From: Podarcis pityusensis
Lineage: Eukaryota
DNA length: 64,000 bases
Reading direction: 5' to 3' (one strand)
Assembly (NCBI GenBank): GCA_964106645.2
Contig: OZ067047.1
Part shown: positions 38,701 to 48,844 of the stretch, piece by piece
Layout of the letters: each line of letters begins with the position of its first letter
Numbering within the stretch: position 1 is the first letter of the stretch
Notes under the pieces: model-generated
Seen by the model: the letters and a program-made list of their open reading frames with translations, nothing else
Database searches by the model: none
Told to the model about the DNA's origin: nothing
Program-made: the position numbers and the translations under genes

Positions 38701-41700
38701 TGTAGTGATGAGCATTTGCATCATCTCAGCCATCTATATGGTTTAAAAGCATAATTATAAAGCAATTTAGCTTAAATCAGGGGTGGGAAATCCTTGGCCC
38801 TCAAGTTGTCATTGGTTTTTCACAGGTTTTGGTTCGAGTGGCATGGATTATGGCATGGTAGGAGGGAAAGAAACTGGAACAGAATCTCGCTTTAAACAGT
38901 GGACTTCTATGATGGATGGATTGCCATCTGTAGCTTCCCAAGATGCCAATATGCACAAAAATGGTGAGAGATTCCAGCTTACGTTATCAAAAATGATTTT
39001 ACAAGGTATATTTATATTGCCACTTTTTGCCTCTAGTGAAACACTAGGACAGCAGCTTCTCCTGTATTGTTGTTTTGCTGTGAGATTGTTGTATTTTAAT
39101 TGTTCTAAGCCACTGTTAGCAATGCAAATGCCTTTGGAAAGGTAATATATAAATCTGAACAAATCATAATGGGCTTTTTGTTTTGGTAACCTTTTTTTAA
39201 AAAGGCCTCTAATTTTGTATCTTGTTTTTCTTACATTATATATATGCTATTTTCTTTCTTACTCTAGTGCAGGGGTTGCCAGTGTGATGCCCTTGGGCAC
39301 CAGTTTGCCCTTCAGTATTTTCTGTAGCACCCATGAAAGGTCTTGGTAAATATCCCCTCCAAATTCCACAATGCATGAGAGACTGTTCACTCAGTTCCTG
39401 TTTGCACTGGTGTGTCCTCTCCTATATGCCTCCATGGCAGCCATTTTGTCTTATGCCACACCTCCATAGCAGTCATTTTGTGACTGCCGTCCACAACACT
39501 TTCACAAAATTCCAAACATGCCCACTGGCCCTCAAAAGTTGGTGACCCTTGCTCTAGTGGCTTTATTGTTACAGTGAAACTGGTATGAATTGCCATTCTG
39601 CTTTTATGTTAGGTTTGAGTCCTGTTTCAGTTGCTACCATGATGTCCTTTTGTCAAAATAATATTTTTCCTCTTCTTTCCAGGGACGATTGTGCCCCCTG
39701 GAAAAGTACGAGGGGCATCGCCCTATAACCAATTTGATATAATCCCTGGCGACCCACTGGGCAGCCACACAGGTCCTGCTGGAGATAGTTGGTTACCTGC
39801 CAAATCTCCACCAACAAGTAAGATTGGAAGCAAATCCAGCAATGCCAGTTGGCCTCCAGGTAATTTCAGTGTGCTTGAAAACTGTTCATAAATGTTACAT
39901 CCCAGCTTATAAAATAAAATTTGTTACTTCTATCAATGTGTCACCGCTGTCAATGGCTTTCTATGCACAGCAGACTGGTGCTGTGCAAACATGCATTGTA
40001 AGAGGGTTTTTTTCAGATTTTGGACCATTTGCCTGTATGAGGTTGTGTAAAACTTGTTTCAGAGGTGTAAACTCCATTTTAAAGAAACCAAACTTCTTTG
40101 GTCTGTATAAATGACATGAACTAAGCACTTTTTTATTTTGTATAATTTATTTTTGGAGGAGGTTTAGCATTAGGATAAAGTTGCTACACTGAACAGTAAT
40201 GCCCTACTCTTGACCACTGGGAATGTTATACAGTAATACCTCTTGCGAACATCCGCCTTGTCTAGAGTCCATTTCGGCGAACATCTGCGGCAAACCCAGA
40301 AGTACCAGAATGGGTTACTTCCAGTTTTGCCGCATGCGCAGAAGCGCAAAGCGCTCCGTACACAGATGCAGCACTTTGCCCTGCGTCCTTTTTGGCTAGC
40401 AGCCGGGGCTCTAGAACAGATCCAGGCCGCAAAACGAGGTACGACTGTACAGCAATTTATTTATTTCTGAGACTTCACCAAGCGTTGTCTCTCTCCCATC
40501 ATCATCACCACCACCACCACCCTGAATTTTGAAAATAGGTGTGTTTTAAGTCTACTCTTGAATTGGCATCTTTATTGTTTGTGATTTATATTGTAATGGC
40601 AATTGGCTACAGACAATAAAAATGTGACTGATTGACTACATACACACATATAGTAGCAATATTAATTTGTATGCTTTTTAATCAGAATGTAGAATAACAT
40701 TTTAATTACTATTTTTGAAAGGGTAGGAAGGAATGGAAGAGCTAATAAAGGACTAGGAAGCACATGTATGCCTTTAGATTCCTCTAATAACATTATCTGC
40801 ACTCTCAAACTGATCTCCCAAGACCCCAGAACTAGAAACTTGACACCACACATTCTTGGACACCTCATATTCGTTGGAAGAATTTAACAACTTTTAAGTC
40901 TTGAATATTTCATTTGAAATACTGATTATTGTTATGTTTCAGAGTTTCAGCCAGGAGTGCCATGGAAAGGTATTCCAAACATTGACCCTGAATCTGATCC
41001 CTATGTGACCCCAGGAAGTGTGCTGGGGGGTACAGCCACATCCCCCATTGTAGATACTGATCACCAACTTCTGCGGGACAACACCACAGGTATATTTATT
41101 ACATAATACAATTTCTGTTTACCTTGCAACTATTATAACTGGAATAACAAGTTGGATCAGCAAATACATATTTGCTGATTATACGTTGGGGCAGGGATAC
41201 ATTTGCAGGGGAGAATCAGCAAAATTGAGGGTGGTTAATCTCTCTACACAGCCAATTATTTTTCCTTATAACCTCTTCTGCCAGGCCCCTTTCCCCCCAG
41301 CCAGTCTTAGTTGCAGTTTTAGACTTAGCTAGAGGGGGAAATAGGAAAATATCTATCTGGAGGGTAAGCATTGGTGAACCAAGAGAATGAATTAAAACCC
41401 TGTTTGCACTTAGCAATTTCCCCCTGGAAATGCCCCTGTCCTGTATTAATGGCAGTAGGCAAATACAAACAACCCTATTCTGCTCTGTATTCTATTCTAA
41501 AGTTTGAAGATGCAGATGTTGCTATGGTTTAATTTATGTTAAGACTAAATACATGGATCTGCAATAGGTTTCTGCCATTCATTGTCATTGCTAGAAATGT
41601 CAGTTGTCACGTAAATTCTTTATTCATCTATAATGTTTTTCTTTACCTTTCCTTATTATGCCATAGGGTCTAATTCTTCCCTCAACACCTCGCTGCCTTC

Positions 41701-44700
41701 ACCTGGTGCCTGGCCCTACAGTGCCTCTGACAATTCCTTCACAAATGTTCATAGCACTTCAGGTATCTGGTTTCCATTCTCAATGCACCTAGCTCACATT
41801 TTATATTGTAGCTGGAAAACATTGAGATATTTAAGCATATATAGTAATGCTTTGTACAATAGATAGTTGCCTGGGTTTTTTCCTCAGTGTAACTTTTTTT
41901 TACGTATTAAATAACTCCCTGATGAAGTTTTTTCAGATCCGTGTACTATATTGTCGCAAAAGCGTGTAACCTGGATCACATGCAAATATACTTCGACAGA
42001 CTGTTGGCAAAAACTAAAATTATGATGATCTGTGTTATGTGTATTAACTTTCACTAATTGATTGGCTTTTCCTTTCCTCTGTTGTAGCAAAGTTCAGTGA
42101 TTACAAATCAACATGGTCCCCAGATCCCATAGGACCCAATCCCCCTCATCTCTCCAACAAGTGGAGAAACAATATTTCCTCAAGAAACACTACAGGGCTA
42201 CCCCGCCCACCTCCTGGTCTGAGTAATCCAAAACCATCCTCTCCCTGGAGCAGCACAGCACCCCGCTCACTCAGGGGGTGGGGGGCACAGGATTCAAGGC
42301 TTGCCTCTGGTGAGTAGAATTTCCTAGCATTCTTATTGCTTGGCCCATGAACAAGTTCCACAGCATTACTAGTCTAGATATGATAAGGCCTTTAGGTGAG
42401 AGAATGTTATAATTGCTCAATGAGAGAAAAGAGAATGTTCTATCTCTCTCTCTTAAAAGGGCTATGGGATGTTTGTCAGAAACTACTGAGGGAGATACAG
42501 CTAGACCCTTCCTGTCAGAAGAGGTCCTTGAAAGTTGACAAGGAACATGTATTGAATAATTTGTGGGTGGGGTCTCAAGAAGATGCAGTTCTTCATATTG
42601 TCTGTGCAGATCCACAGACTTCATCCTCACAAAGCAGCATTTAGCACTTTCTTGAAGGGGTTTAGATGGAAAGCTAACCCCCCAACCCTCAGTGTGCACA
42701 CTCAAAAAAGGTCAATGTGGCTCCCATTTTTTCTGGTCACTGCAGCAAGAGAAACTTTCACTTACACCTGAGAGAGCATATGAGCTAGACCCTTCTTTTC
42801 CTTCACTTCATCTTTTTCACCTTTTTTTCTCTACAGTGGATTTTTTAAAAAAAAACAAAAAACCTTTGGGCTAATTCTGCAACAGTGCATGCCTCACTCT
42901 CAAGCGTGTGCTTGTGGTGCAACTGGCACTTTTTAAGAGGTGTTCAGTTTGTGGCAGCAGACTACCTCCTTAACTTGGTGAGGGACCTGTAATGCATATG
43001 GTTCCAGCTGTCTATGTTTCACTAGGCAGACACACAAAATCACTTGTTTCAGGTACAGGGAATGTTGTTGGAGCAGGCTGTCTTTGCTTTCAGTGCCAAG
43101 GTCAGAGTCTCCAAAGCAGCATAAGCTACACAGCTTTGTTCCACTTCAGTTCTGCTCATGTTGTTGATGGCAGGGATGGTATCCTTGAACCGATAGGTCA
43201 CTTGTGCTATGGAGGTCTTCCATAGCTTGCTTACTACACTGTCCTCTATGGGAACTGAATTGCCCTTTACATTGACCATGGCTGTTAACCTCTCCAGCCT
43301 TCACTTCTGCCTCTGATTCTGGACTGCTCTCTGCCACAGACTCTTTCTTGCTCACTAAGCCCTGTTTCCTCTTCAGCTTCTGACACCTCCTTCCTGTCTG
43401 CTCCCTCTGACCACTCATCATCATCCCACCACCAATCCCTGGGCTCTGAGTCTTGGAGGCTCCCCAGCTGGTTCCTCCCACGACTCAACATCCAGTCATG
43501 ACACCCAAATGTGTTTTTCTTTTCTAAACTTCAGTCCCTTCATTTAGAGGAAAATACCAAAATCTTCCTCTGAAAAGAGATAAACTGGTACTCAATGCCT
43601 TGTGCATTTAGCATTTTTTTAAGCATTTCACTATCCCCCAGAAGACTGAGGTCTTTGGCCACTTCTGGACCTTCAGGATGTGTCATAAGTCCAAAGACAT
43701 GCAGGATGGTAACCCTTGTCAAATTCTTTTAAGTGAAAGCAAGCATCTTTCATGTCAGAGCTTGGTCCACATCCACAGATTTGGAAGATGCTTAGCCTTT
43801 CAGCCAAAACTTTGCTGTTTGCCTCACTTTTCTCTATAGGATTGCAAAGTTTTAGAGCTATTTAGAACTGTCATCATTGCACACTTCTGTCAGTAAGGGA
43901 TTTTGATCTTCCCATAGATAGATGACTGCCTACTTATTGCATCCACTCAGACCAAGTTGCTTTTACACTTTGCGTTCACAGCATCGGGCTTCTGTATCAA
44001 TGTGGCAAAGTTTCCAATACATCACCCCATGTGCTCATTTTGATTCTGGTAGAAGTTTATGAATCTCCTGTCCTCTGGCTGAGCTTGAAATCTTATTGCA
44101 GGATTGAGGCACCTCAGCCCCAGGGGTTGAATTCTGCACTCCAGGCCTTTCTGTCTTTCCCTTGGAACTTTCCCCAGGCAGTAACCTTCACTGGTTGTGC
44201 TTAACACCCCAAATGTTTTTGCCAGGCTGCAATGTGTCCTTGAACTCTGCTAATGTCACTTGAATTTCTGGAGGGAGGATAGACAGAATTGTGTGAGTGT
44301 GTGTAGAAACTAGCTCACTGTACAAAAGCTAAATATTTGCATTTGTTGCTTCATCCACTTTTGCCTCTGGCTTCACCCCCACTGTCATGTGGCCCTTGGA
44401 AGATTGCAGAGAAGGAAATGTCCTCCTTTGACTGAAAAAGGTTCTCCACTCCTGCCTTATTTGGGTGGCTGCTGACACGGCAGTTCAACCTAGATTCTGG
44501 GGCCAATGGCCTTGAGAACTGTCATCCACCCATCTGAGAATGTGTCCTCTTTAGTGTTGATTTCTGTATGTGTTCCAGCCAGGAGTCAACTCCCAGGCAA
44601 AACATCTCATCTTGTCTTCTCAGTTCTGCATTCCTGTCATGGTTTGATCCTCAGCAGCTATAGTTCCACCTGATACTGTAACTGTAAATGTCATTTTGAC

Positions 44701-47700
44701 CTGCTCTCCGTCTCATGTTTCTTTATATAGCTGCCACAACAGGAAATTGTTGGGAAGGTAGAAGCCATACTCCTTTGAGTGTGCTCTTATCTTTTGAAAG
44801 TTCTGAATGTTACTTTGTGCAACTGCAGAATCCATATGTGTAGCTGCACCAGTGACCACTTGAACAACCCTGTCTTTCATGTTAAATGTGGCAAGTGAAA
44901 TGGTTTCTATAAAGCACAGAATTCATTCTGGTTTTCTGTTTAAGATAAATTTTGAAGTAGGTCTCATCCAAATGTATCCTGCTTACTGTTTAATCATTTG
45001 CAGCCTCTACCTGGAGTGATGGTGGATCTGTTCGTCCCAGCTACTGGCTGGTTCTTCACAATCTCACTCCGCAGGTATTTCTGTCTTCTGCTTCCTTTTT
45101 ATTACTGAAACAAGACTATTCTGAATTGTTGATTATTTTAAATAAATATTGTATTTATGTACCAACACAAGCTAACTAGTATGACAGTGTGTTTAGGACA
45201 TGAGAAACCTACTGTAAACCACATTTTCAGCTTTTTTTTTATTGGATTGTGAATTAATTGCAGTGCTTGTTTTAGTTAGGTAAGTAAGCAATTTTGTGAA
45301 TGCAAAACATAGTGTTGTCGTTTTTTTACAAAACTCCCAGTCTTCAGGATGCTAGGCAGAATGGCTAGTTTTCTCTCTTATGTTTTCATAGCGAAACCAC
45401 AGAATGTTTCCAGCACTGCAGCCAAAAACAAAGGCCTGTAAGGTTCCTTCAGCTTTTGTTTGTGTCTGCTGAGACACCATGCTTTCTCAGTACAGTCATA
45501 CCTTGTGTTGCATTAGGTTCATGTTGCGTCTTTTCAGTTTGCGAACGTGGCAAACCCAGAAGTGTATACTTCCAGGTTTTGCCCCGTGCGCGTGCACAGA
45601 AGCATTCTGACACTTAGCACATGTGCAGAAGTGGCGCTCTAGTTACAGACTTTTCAGGGTGCAAACGGCACCCCGGACCAGATTAAGTCCGTAACTAGAG
45701 GTACCACTGTATTTTGAGCTTAGTTTATTTCTCTTGTGGCATTTACAGTAATTGCCTGATATTTTTGGTTTGTATATTAACCATACTATTTCAGATATAT
45801 TTACAAATGAAAATACTTACCCTCCCCCCCATAAACCTGCTGTTTGTCTTTGTTCTTCCAATCTGTTCTTCACAAGATTGATGGGTCAACTTTGAGGACC
45901 ATCTGCATGCAGCATGGTCCACTGCTGACATTCCATCTCAACCTGACCCAAGGCACCGCCCTTATCCGATACAGCACCAAGCAGGAGGCAGCCAAGGCCC
46001 AGACTGCACTGCACATGTGAGTTACACCAACAACCTTTCCTGACCATTTGCAACCTCATTTTGTCGGTAGATGGAAGTCTTGTGTGCAAGAGGTAGCCCA
46101 GTAATGTGTTTTGTTTGCCTAGTGCCCAGATTTGAAATGGCATTAAACAGTTTTTTCTGCCAGGGGCTCCTGGAGGGGCAGCATTTACACTGGGATGGCT
46201 CCTCCCATCTGGCTGGACAGGCAGGGTCAGTTAAGGATCCTTGGCTGGGGGAGGCGCCATCCCCACTTTTGCCAGACCTGCCTTGCCTCTCAAGTTGGTC
46301 AGACAGGTCTCTAGTGCTGCAAGGCTCCTGACCCAGCACATTTTTTCATTCTCATTTATTTTCTTTTAGCTTGCATTTTTCCATTTCTTATTTAATTTCT
46401 TTTTCCTTGTAATTTTCTTTCTTTTAATGCCCTTCCCGCCTCTCCTTTTGCCTCCCTGACCAAGGAGGCAGACTTCGCCAGCTCTGAGGAAGAGCTCTGT
46501 ATTTTTCACAAGGAGGCTCTCCCCCAGAGCCCACAGGAAGGCACCCAGGCAGCTTCTGCTGCCCCAAAGAGCTCAAATGCTCTACACAGTGAAATAGATG
46601 CTGGACAACTGATTTGCGCAGTAGTGCAACAGCAACAGTTCCCTGTCTCACAGTTTACTTGTGCGGCAGCAAAAGGAGCTTGTGTGTGCCATTTCTGGCT
46701 GGCACTGGAGTTTCTCCTTTAGTCTTCACCTTTCCCTGGATAGGGGAGCCCAGGGGAGAAGCATGGACACCAGGTATGCTAGACTAGACGGTCCGTTCTC
46801 TGATCCAACAGGGCTCTTACACAGTATCTAGAAGGTACAGGCATATTCTGTTATCTGGCTGAACTGTTCTCACCTCCAGGCAAAGTCCATTTTGTGGCCT
46901 TCCACTAGTTTGGCAAACTGAAAAAGCAAACAAAAATATTTCAGGTAATGGTGTGCCTCTTTTTAAAAGCTAAATTAGTATTCTCTTTAAAAGCTTTTGA
47001 AATCTTTCTGTTAACTTAAAATATTTTAATAAGGATCTCAAAAGGATGTTCAATTAGTATTCTCATTACTGTATCCAATTACATTTCAGTTTGGTTAACT
47101 ATTTGAGTGAGAATAGAGAAGAGATTAGATAAGTCAAAGCTTTGATTATGACCTGATTGAGGCATGGCAAAGCATAGTTTGTTGTTACTTACTTGAACTG
47201 CAGCAAGCCTCAGATTTATATGCTCCCTCTGCTCTTCCTTCTCTCTACTTTGAATGGGAAGGGGCAAGGGAAATTTAAAGCTCTGTCACTTTTTGAAAAA
47301 ACTGCAGCTTCCATTTTCATCTGAATACAGGAAATTGGTTTATTTAACCGTAGTTAATTAATTAATAAACTAGTATATCAAAGCACCATTTGATCCTGGT
47401 TTGATAAAATCAAATCTTGGTTTCCCATATGTAAATAAAAAGGGAAGCATTTGGAAGAGGCATGGTTGTAGTTTAGTTCACTTACCCCAGGTGGATGAGA
47501 TCTGGCTATACACCTCTGAAGTTTCACGTTTGCACTTCATCTATTCTGGGCAGACATGTTCTTTACTAGCTTTTCCTTGTCTTCTGTGCTCTTTTGCCCT
47601 GTGCTCATGAGTTTCAACTTAATTTGTTTCTTCTCCCCTCACTCTGGGGAAGAGGGCTGTCTGCTGGGGTAGGGGCCACCACTAGCAGCTGGATGGTAAC

Positions 47701-48754
47701 AGCTCAACAGGATGCTTGCGCTGCCTCTCCCCTCAGGGAGTTTTGAAGGATTATGTGAGAAGCATGAAATTTATGTTTCTTGCCTGTAAGTGGCTTTCTT
47801 AACCAAAAATTGTGGATGGTATATCCATGCTTGTATTCATCCTGAAAGAAGAAATATTTTTGGTGCATGTTTCATGACAGCATTTGCATTTGCAGTTTTT
47901 TTTGTACACAAAGAACATGCAAATTTTGTTGCTGCCATAAGTTTGTGGGCTCTTGGGGAAAGCAGTGGACTTGCACATTTGTGAGGTGACCATGACTCTG
48001 CTTGCAATGGGCTACAAACTGGGTCTTACTTGCCTTGCAAAAGTACGCTAATATTTGCGACTCTTACCACTATTCTCAGAAATCTCGTTTGTATATCAGC
48101 TTCCAAATTTGGAAAAACTTTTGCAAAAATATGCATACATGCTTAAACCATTTTTTTTCTTTTAAAGTAAAAGAAAACGATAGTAATTCTGGAAAACAAA
48201 TGTAGTAAGGATGAGGGCACTATATAAATATTGTTCTGCCACTCATACTAATTTTCTTTGTTGAACTATATATTCTTTGCAATGTTAAACTGTGGATTTG
48301 GCTCATGTTTCTGGGATATTTTTCCTGTTAACTTTTGTTTCTGTTCATTCTACCCTATTTTTTTAGGTGTGTTTTGGGAAACACTACCATCTTGGCTGAG
48401 TTTGCCACAGACGAGGAGGTTAGTCGCTTTCTGGCACAAGCTCAGCCTTCTACACCTGCAGCAACACCCAGCACACCTGCAGCAGGCTGGCAGTCTCTAG
48501 AGACAGGACAGAATCAGACAGATCCAGTGGGACCTGCTTTGAATCTTTTTGGTGGGTCAACAGGGCTTGGGCAGTGGAGCAGCGGTGGTGGCAGCAGCAG
48601 TGGGGGTGACCTTGCTGGTGCTTCATTATGGGCCTCCCCAAATTACTCTTCAAGCTTGTGGGGGGTTCAGAGTGTAGAAGATCCCCACAGGATGGGAAGC
48701 CCTGCTCCCTTACTACCTGGAGACCTTCTAGGCGGAGGGTCGGATTCAATCTGA
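5652..48754 (+). CDS. TNRC6B: TNRC6B (GW182 family) multi-exon coding span, 22 exons in window; first coding exon lies upstream of the window
   Basis: The spliced translation matches recalled human TNRC6B end to end: [16 protein letters not shown]-rich Ago-binding domain, Q-rich region, PAM2 ([17 protein letters not shown]), PPGL, RRM and C-terminus [11 protein letters not shown]. All introns are GT-AG and phases match. ADSL lies downstream as in human. Confidence 0.98.
6374..7815 (-). mobile_element. CR1 LINE 3' fragment
   Basis: aagaacatag(g)aag tail. Reverse-strand RT remnants (tcaaaagccttttgaaagtcaaag reads LDFQKAFD on the - strand). Interrupted by the MITE at 6935. Confidence 0.75.
6935..7167. 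mobile_element. Tc1/mariner (Tigger-like) MITE, family A, nested in CR1
   Basis: TA|CAGTGGTACCTCG...CGAGGTACCACTG|TA; removing it restores CR1-like tacacagtattccaaatg. Confidence 0.88.
11042..11248. mobile_element. GC-rich hAT-type MITE
   Basis: TIRs CACTGGCGGAG and CTCCGCCACTG; TSD tttgcatg at 11026-11033 (followed by two extra catg) and 11249-11256. Confidence 0.72.
11847..12220 (+). mobile_element. Sauria SINE, full length
   Basis: tRNA-like head ggtggcgctgtg...ttcgaatcc; core ctgccaacctagcagtt...gtagataaataggtac; (ACCTTT)-like tail. Confidence 0.9.
12602..12623 (+). CDS. TNRC6B: TNRC6B exon 3, 22-nt microexon (VTDQKTK)
   Basis: cacttacag|GTCACAGATCAAAAAACCAAAG|gtaaaa; matches human VTEQKTK and is needed to keep frame. 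Confidence 0.93.
12853..13200 (+). CDS. TNRC6B: TNRC6B exon 4 (VPEATKPSL-[180 N][12 protein letters not shown]...SGTAT)
   Basis: ttgttgtag|TGCCCGAA...ACAG|gtagga; frame is preserved across the N run. Confidence 0.93.
12879..13058. other. N run (180 nt) in exon 4; others at 15667-15819 (153), 48892-49055 (164) and 60528-60694 (167)
   Basis: Directly visible. Confidence 0.99.
13285..13571 (+). mobile_element. Interspersed retroposon-like repeat with (CAA) tail, family unassigned
   Basis: GC-richer block ending gccaacaac; recognised only as lizard-repeat-like. Confidence 0.35.
14005..14460 (-). mobile_element. L1/Tx1-like LINE 3' end fragment
   Basis: Reverse strand reads [10 protein letters not shown] (W-x-PF-x-x-Y, ORF2 C-terminal motif), then a T-rich 3'UTR. 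Confidence 0.45.
15105..17429 (+). CDS. TNRC6B: TNRC6B exon 5 (2325 nt), GW/WG-repeat Argonaute-binding domain
   Basis: cttttag|ATTCAAC...CCCTCAG|gtattc; 752-aa ORF with [24 protein letters not shown] (16481-16552) and [10 protein letters not shown] motifs. Confidence 0.98.
18402..18729. mobile_element. Old hAT-type MITE
   Basis: Ends taggggtaggg and ccctacctctg; degenerate 8-bp TSD atttacag/ttttaaag. Confidence 0.55.
19419..19574 (+). CDS. TNRC6B: TNRC6B exon 6 ([20 protein letters not shown]...NAIKP)
   Basis: atatgaag|TCTGG...CCTA|gtgagt; 156 nt, symmetric phase 1. Confidence 0.92.
19944..20073. mobile_element. Short palindromic hAT-like MITE
   Basis: ctccagatg...gactcccatc...gatgggagttgtagtc...atctggag; related copies at ~21460-21540 and ~23005-23140. 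Confidence 0.6.
20302..20622. mobile_element. Tc1/mariner MITE (CCGTATT-type TIR)
   Basis: TA|CCGTATTGGTCTGAATATGAGC...GCTTATATTTGGGCCAATACAG|TA. Confidence 0.8.
22244..22422 (+). CDS. TNRC6B: TNRC6B exon 7 ([12 protein letters not shown]...GGKKPQIK)
   Basis: ccatcgaag|GTTCC...ATTAAG|gtgaga. Confidence 0.93.
24569..24643 (+). CDS. TNRC6B: TNRC6B exon 8 ([25 protein letters not shown])
   Basis: gctttag|TGTTCG...CTA|gtaaga. Confidence 0.93.
25754..25799 (+). CDS. TNRC6B: TNRC6B exon 9 ([15 protein letters not shown])
   Basis: cttttccag|AATCAA...GTAG|gtgtgt. Confidence 0.92.
26820..27920 (+). mobile_element. Degraded L2-like LINE fragment with internal inverted duplication and nested MITE
   Basis: L2-like motifs ctgaatcctgacaag and ctgcattggctgcc...acctacaaagccctaaatg. 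Confidence 0.6.
27556..27734. mobile_element. Tc1/mariner MITE nested in L2
   Basis: CCGTATTTACTCGAGTCTGAT...ATTAGATTCGAGTAAATACAG|TA (left TSD mutated to TG). Confidence 0.78.
28176..28324 (+). CDS. TNRC6B: TNRC6B exon 10 ([12 protein letters not shown]...GPYFEK)
   Basis: cctttcag|GTGGT...GAAAAG|gtaaga. Confidence 0.95.
28576..29138. mobile_element. Young Tc1/mariner MITE with GC-rich palindromic interior
   Basis: TA|CCGTATTTTTCGTCCCATAGGACGCAC...GTGCGTCTTATAGGGCGAAAAATACGG|TA; CpGs largely intact. Confidence 0.9.
29560..30795 (-). mobile_element. CR1 LINE ORF2 remnant
   Basis: Minus-strand peptides [27 protein letters not shown]...VGPLDD and [25 protein letters not shown] are typical of CR1 ORF2; frameshifted. 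Confidence 0.85.
30798..31871. mobile_element. Possible solo-LTR-like insertion into CR1
   Basis: Starts TGTTATGA, ends CATGAC; flanks ttca/ctca; composition differs from the flanking CR1. Confidence 0.35.
31207..31646. mobile_element. hAT-type MITE nested in the preceding element
   Basis: ggttttcaaac...gccgtggcaccc 5' end, ggttgaaaatctctg 3' end; repeated ggggtgccgc subterminal motif. Confidence 0.55.
32150..32290 (-). mobile_element. Short tRNA-head / CR1-tail SINE (Squam2-like)
   Basis: tagaatcatagaat tail, gagttggaagggacc CR1 3' end, reverse B-box ggctgaaccc. Confidence 0.65.
34175..34342 (+). CDS. TNRC6B: TNRC6B exon 11 ([21 protein letters not shown]...NFAARQ), probable cassette exon
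   Basis: Branch-point CACTAAC at 34135-34141; tcttcag|CTGACT...AGACAA|gtaagg; 168 nt, symmetric phase 0. Confidence 0.92.
35656..35781 (+). CDS. TNRC6B: TNRC6B exon 12 ([16 protein letters not shown]...QFLSPQ)
   Basis: tttttag|GGTGGC...CCCCAG|gtaaac. Confidence 0.94.
37245..37376 (+). CDS. TNRC6B: TNRC6B exon 13 ([13 protein letters not shown]...IPQFQL)
   Basis: tttattaag|GTTTCT...CAGCTT|gtaagt. Confidence 0.94.
37978..38094 (+). CDS. TNRC6B: TNRC6B exon 14 (ACQLIL-Q14[19 protein letters not shown])
   Basis: cttccag|GCTTGT...CAGCAG|gtacaa. Confidence 0.95.
37996..38037 (+). repeat. TNRC6B: Coding CAG/CAA polyglutamine tract (Q14)
   Basis: CAG CAA (CAG)4 (CAA)8. Confidence 0.95.
38265..38433 (+). 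CDS. TNRC6B: TNRC6B exon 15 ([23 protein letters not shown]...PGYSS)
   Basis: aactgcag|ATTGCC...TCAG|gtaagt. Confidence 0.94.
38826..38963 (+). CDS. TNRC6B: TNRC6B exon 16 ([10 protein letters not shown]...ESRFKQWTS...MHKN)
   Basis: tttcacag|GTTTT...AAATG|gtgaga. Confidence 0.95.
39270..39551. mobile_element. hAT-type MITE with perfect 8-bp TSD
   Basis: ctctagtg|CAGGGGTTGCCA...TGGTGACCCTTG|ctctagtg. Confidence 0.85.
39683..39859 (+). CDS. TNRC6B: TNRC6B exon 17 ([11 protein letters not shown]...SSNASWPP), 5' half of PAM2
   Basis: ctttccag|GGACG...CCAG|gtaatt. Confidence 0.95.
40231..40447. mobile_element. Tc1/mariner MITE, related to family A
   Basis: TA|CAGTAATACCTC...GAGGTACGACTG|TA. 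Confidence 0.8.
40943..41089 (+). CDS. TNRC6B: TNRC6B exon 18 ([25 protein letters not shown]...RDNTT), 3' half of PAM2
   Basis: gtttcag|AGTTT...ACAG|gtatat. Confidence 0.95.
41667..41762 (+). CDS. TNRC6B: TNRC6B exon 19 ([32 protein letters not shown])
   Basis: gccatag|GGTCT...TCAG|gtatct. Confidence 0.95.
42088..42309 (+). CDS. TNRC6B: TNRC6B exon 20 ([14 protein letters not shown]...PRPPPGL...DSRLAS)
   Basis: gttgtag|CAAAG...TCTG|gtgagt; contains the PPGL motif. Confidence 0.95.
42988..43503 (-). mobile_element. Possible solo LTR
   Basis: TGTAATG...CATGACA termini, ~515 bp, purine-rich on the - strand; no clear TSD. Confidence 0.4.
45004..45074 (+). CDS. TNRC6B: TNRC6B exon 21 ([24 protein letters not shown]), start of RRM
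   Basis: tttgcag|CCTCT...CCGCAG|gtattt. Confidence 0.95.
45493..45709. mobile_element. Tc1/mariner MITE, related to family A
   Basis: TA|CAGTCATACCTT...GAGGTACCACTG|TA; shares ggcaaacccagaagt with the 40231 copy. Confidence 0.8.
45877..46016 (+). CDS. TNRC6B: TNRC6B exon 22 ([21 protein letters not shown]...AQTALHM), RRM core
   Basis: cttcacaag|ATTGAT...CACAT|gtgagt. Confidence 0.96.
48367..48754 (+). CDS. TNRC6B: TNRC6B exon 23, coding part ([12 protein letters not shown]...[11 protein letters not shown])
   Basis: ttttag|GTGTGTT...; TGA at 48752-48754. Confidence 0.97.
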
Positions 48755-48838
48755 ACTTAAAACTTTCAACTCTGACCTCGTGACCTTTTTTGGAACAGCA
48801 GCAGCACTAACTTGACCTTTTCTTTTTTTTCAACTTGC

Positions 48839-48844
48839 AATAAA
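48839..48844 (+). terminator. Candidate proximal poly(A) signal AATAAA
   Basis: ttgcAATAAAtac, 84 nt after the stop codon. Confidence 0.4.

Noticed and set aside
48752-48760. Stop-codon readthrough at the TNRC6B TGA
   Set aside because: Context is TGA-ACT-TAA: not the TGA-CTAG motif, and a second stop follows after one codon
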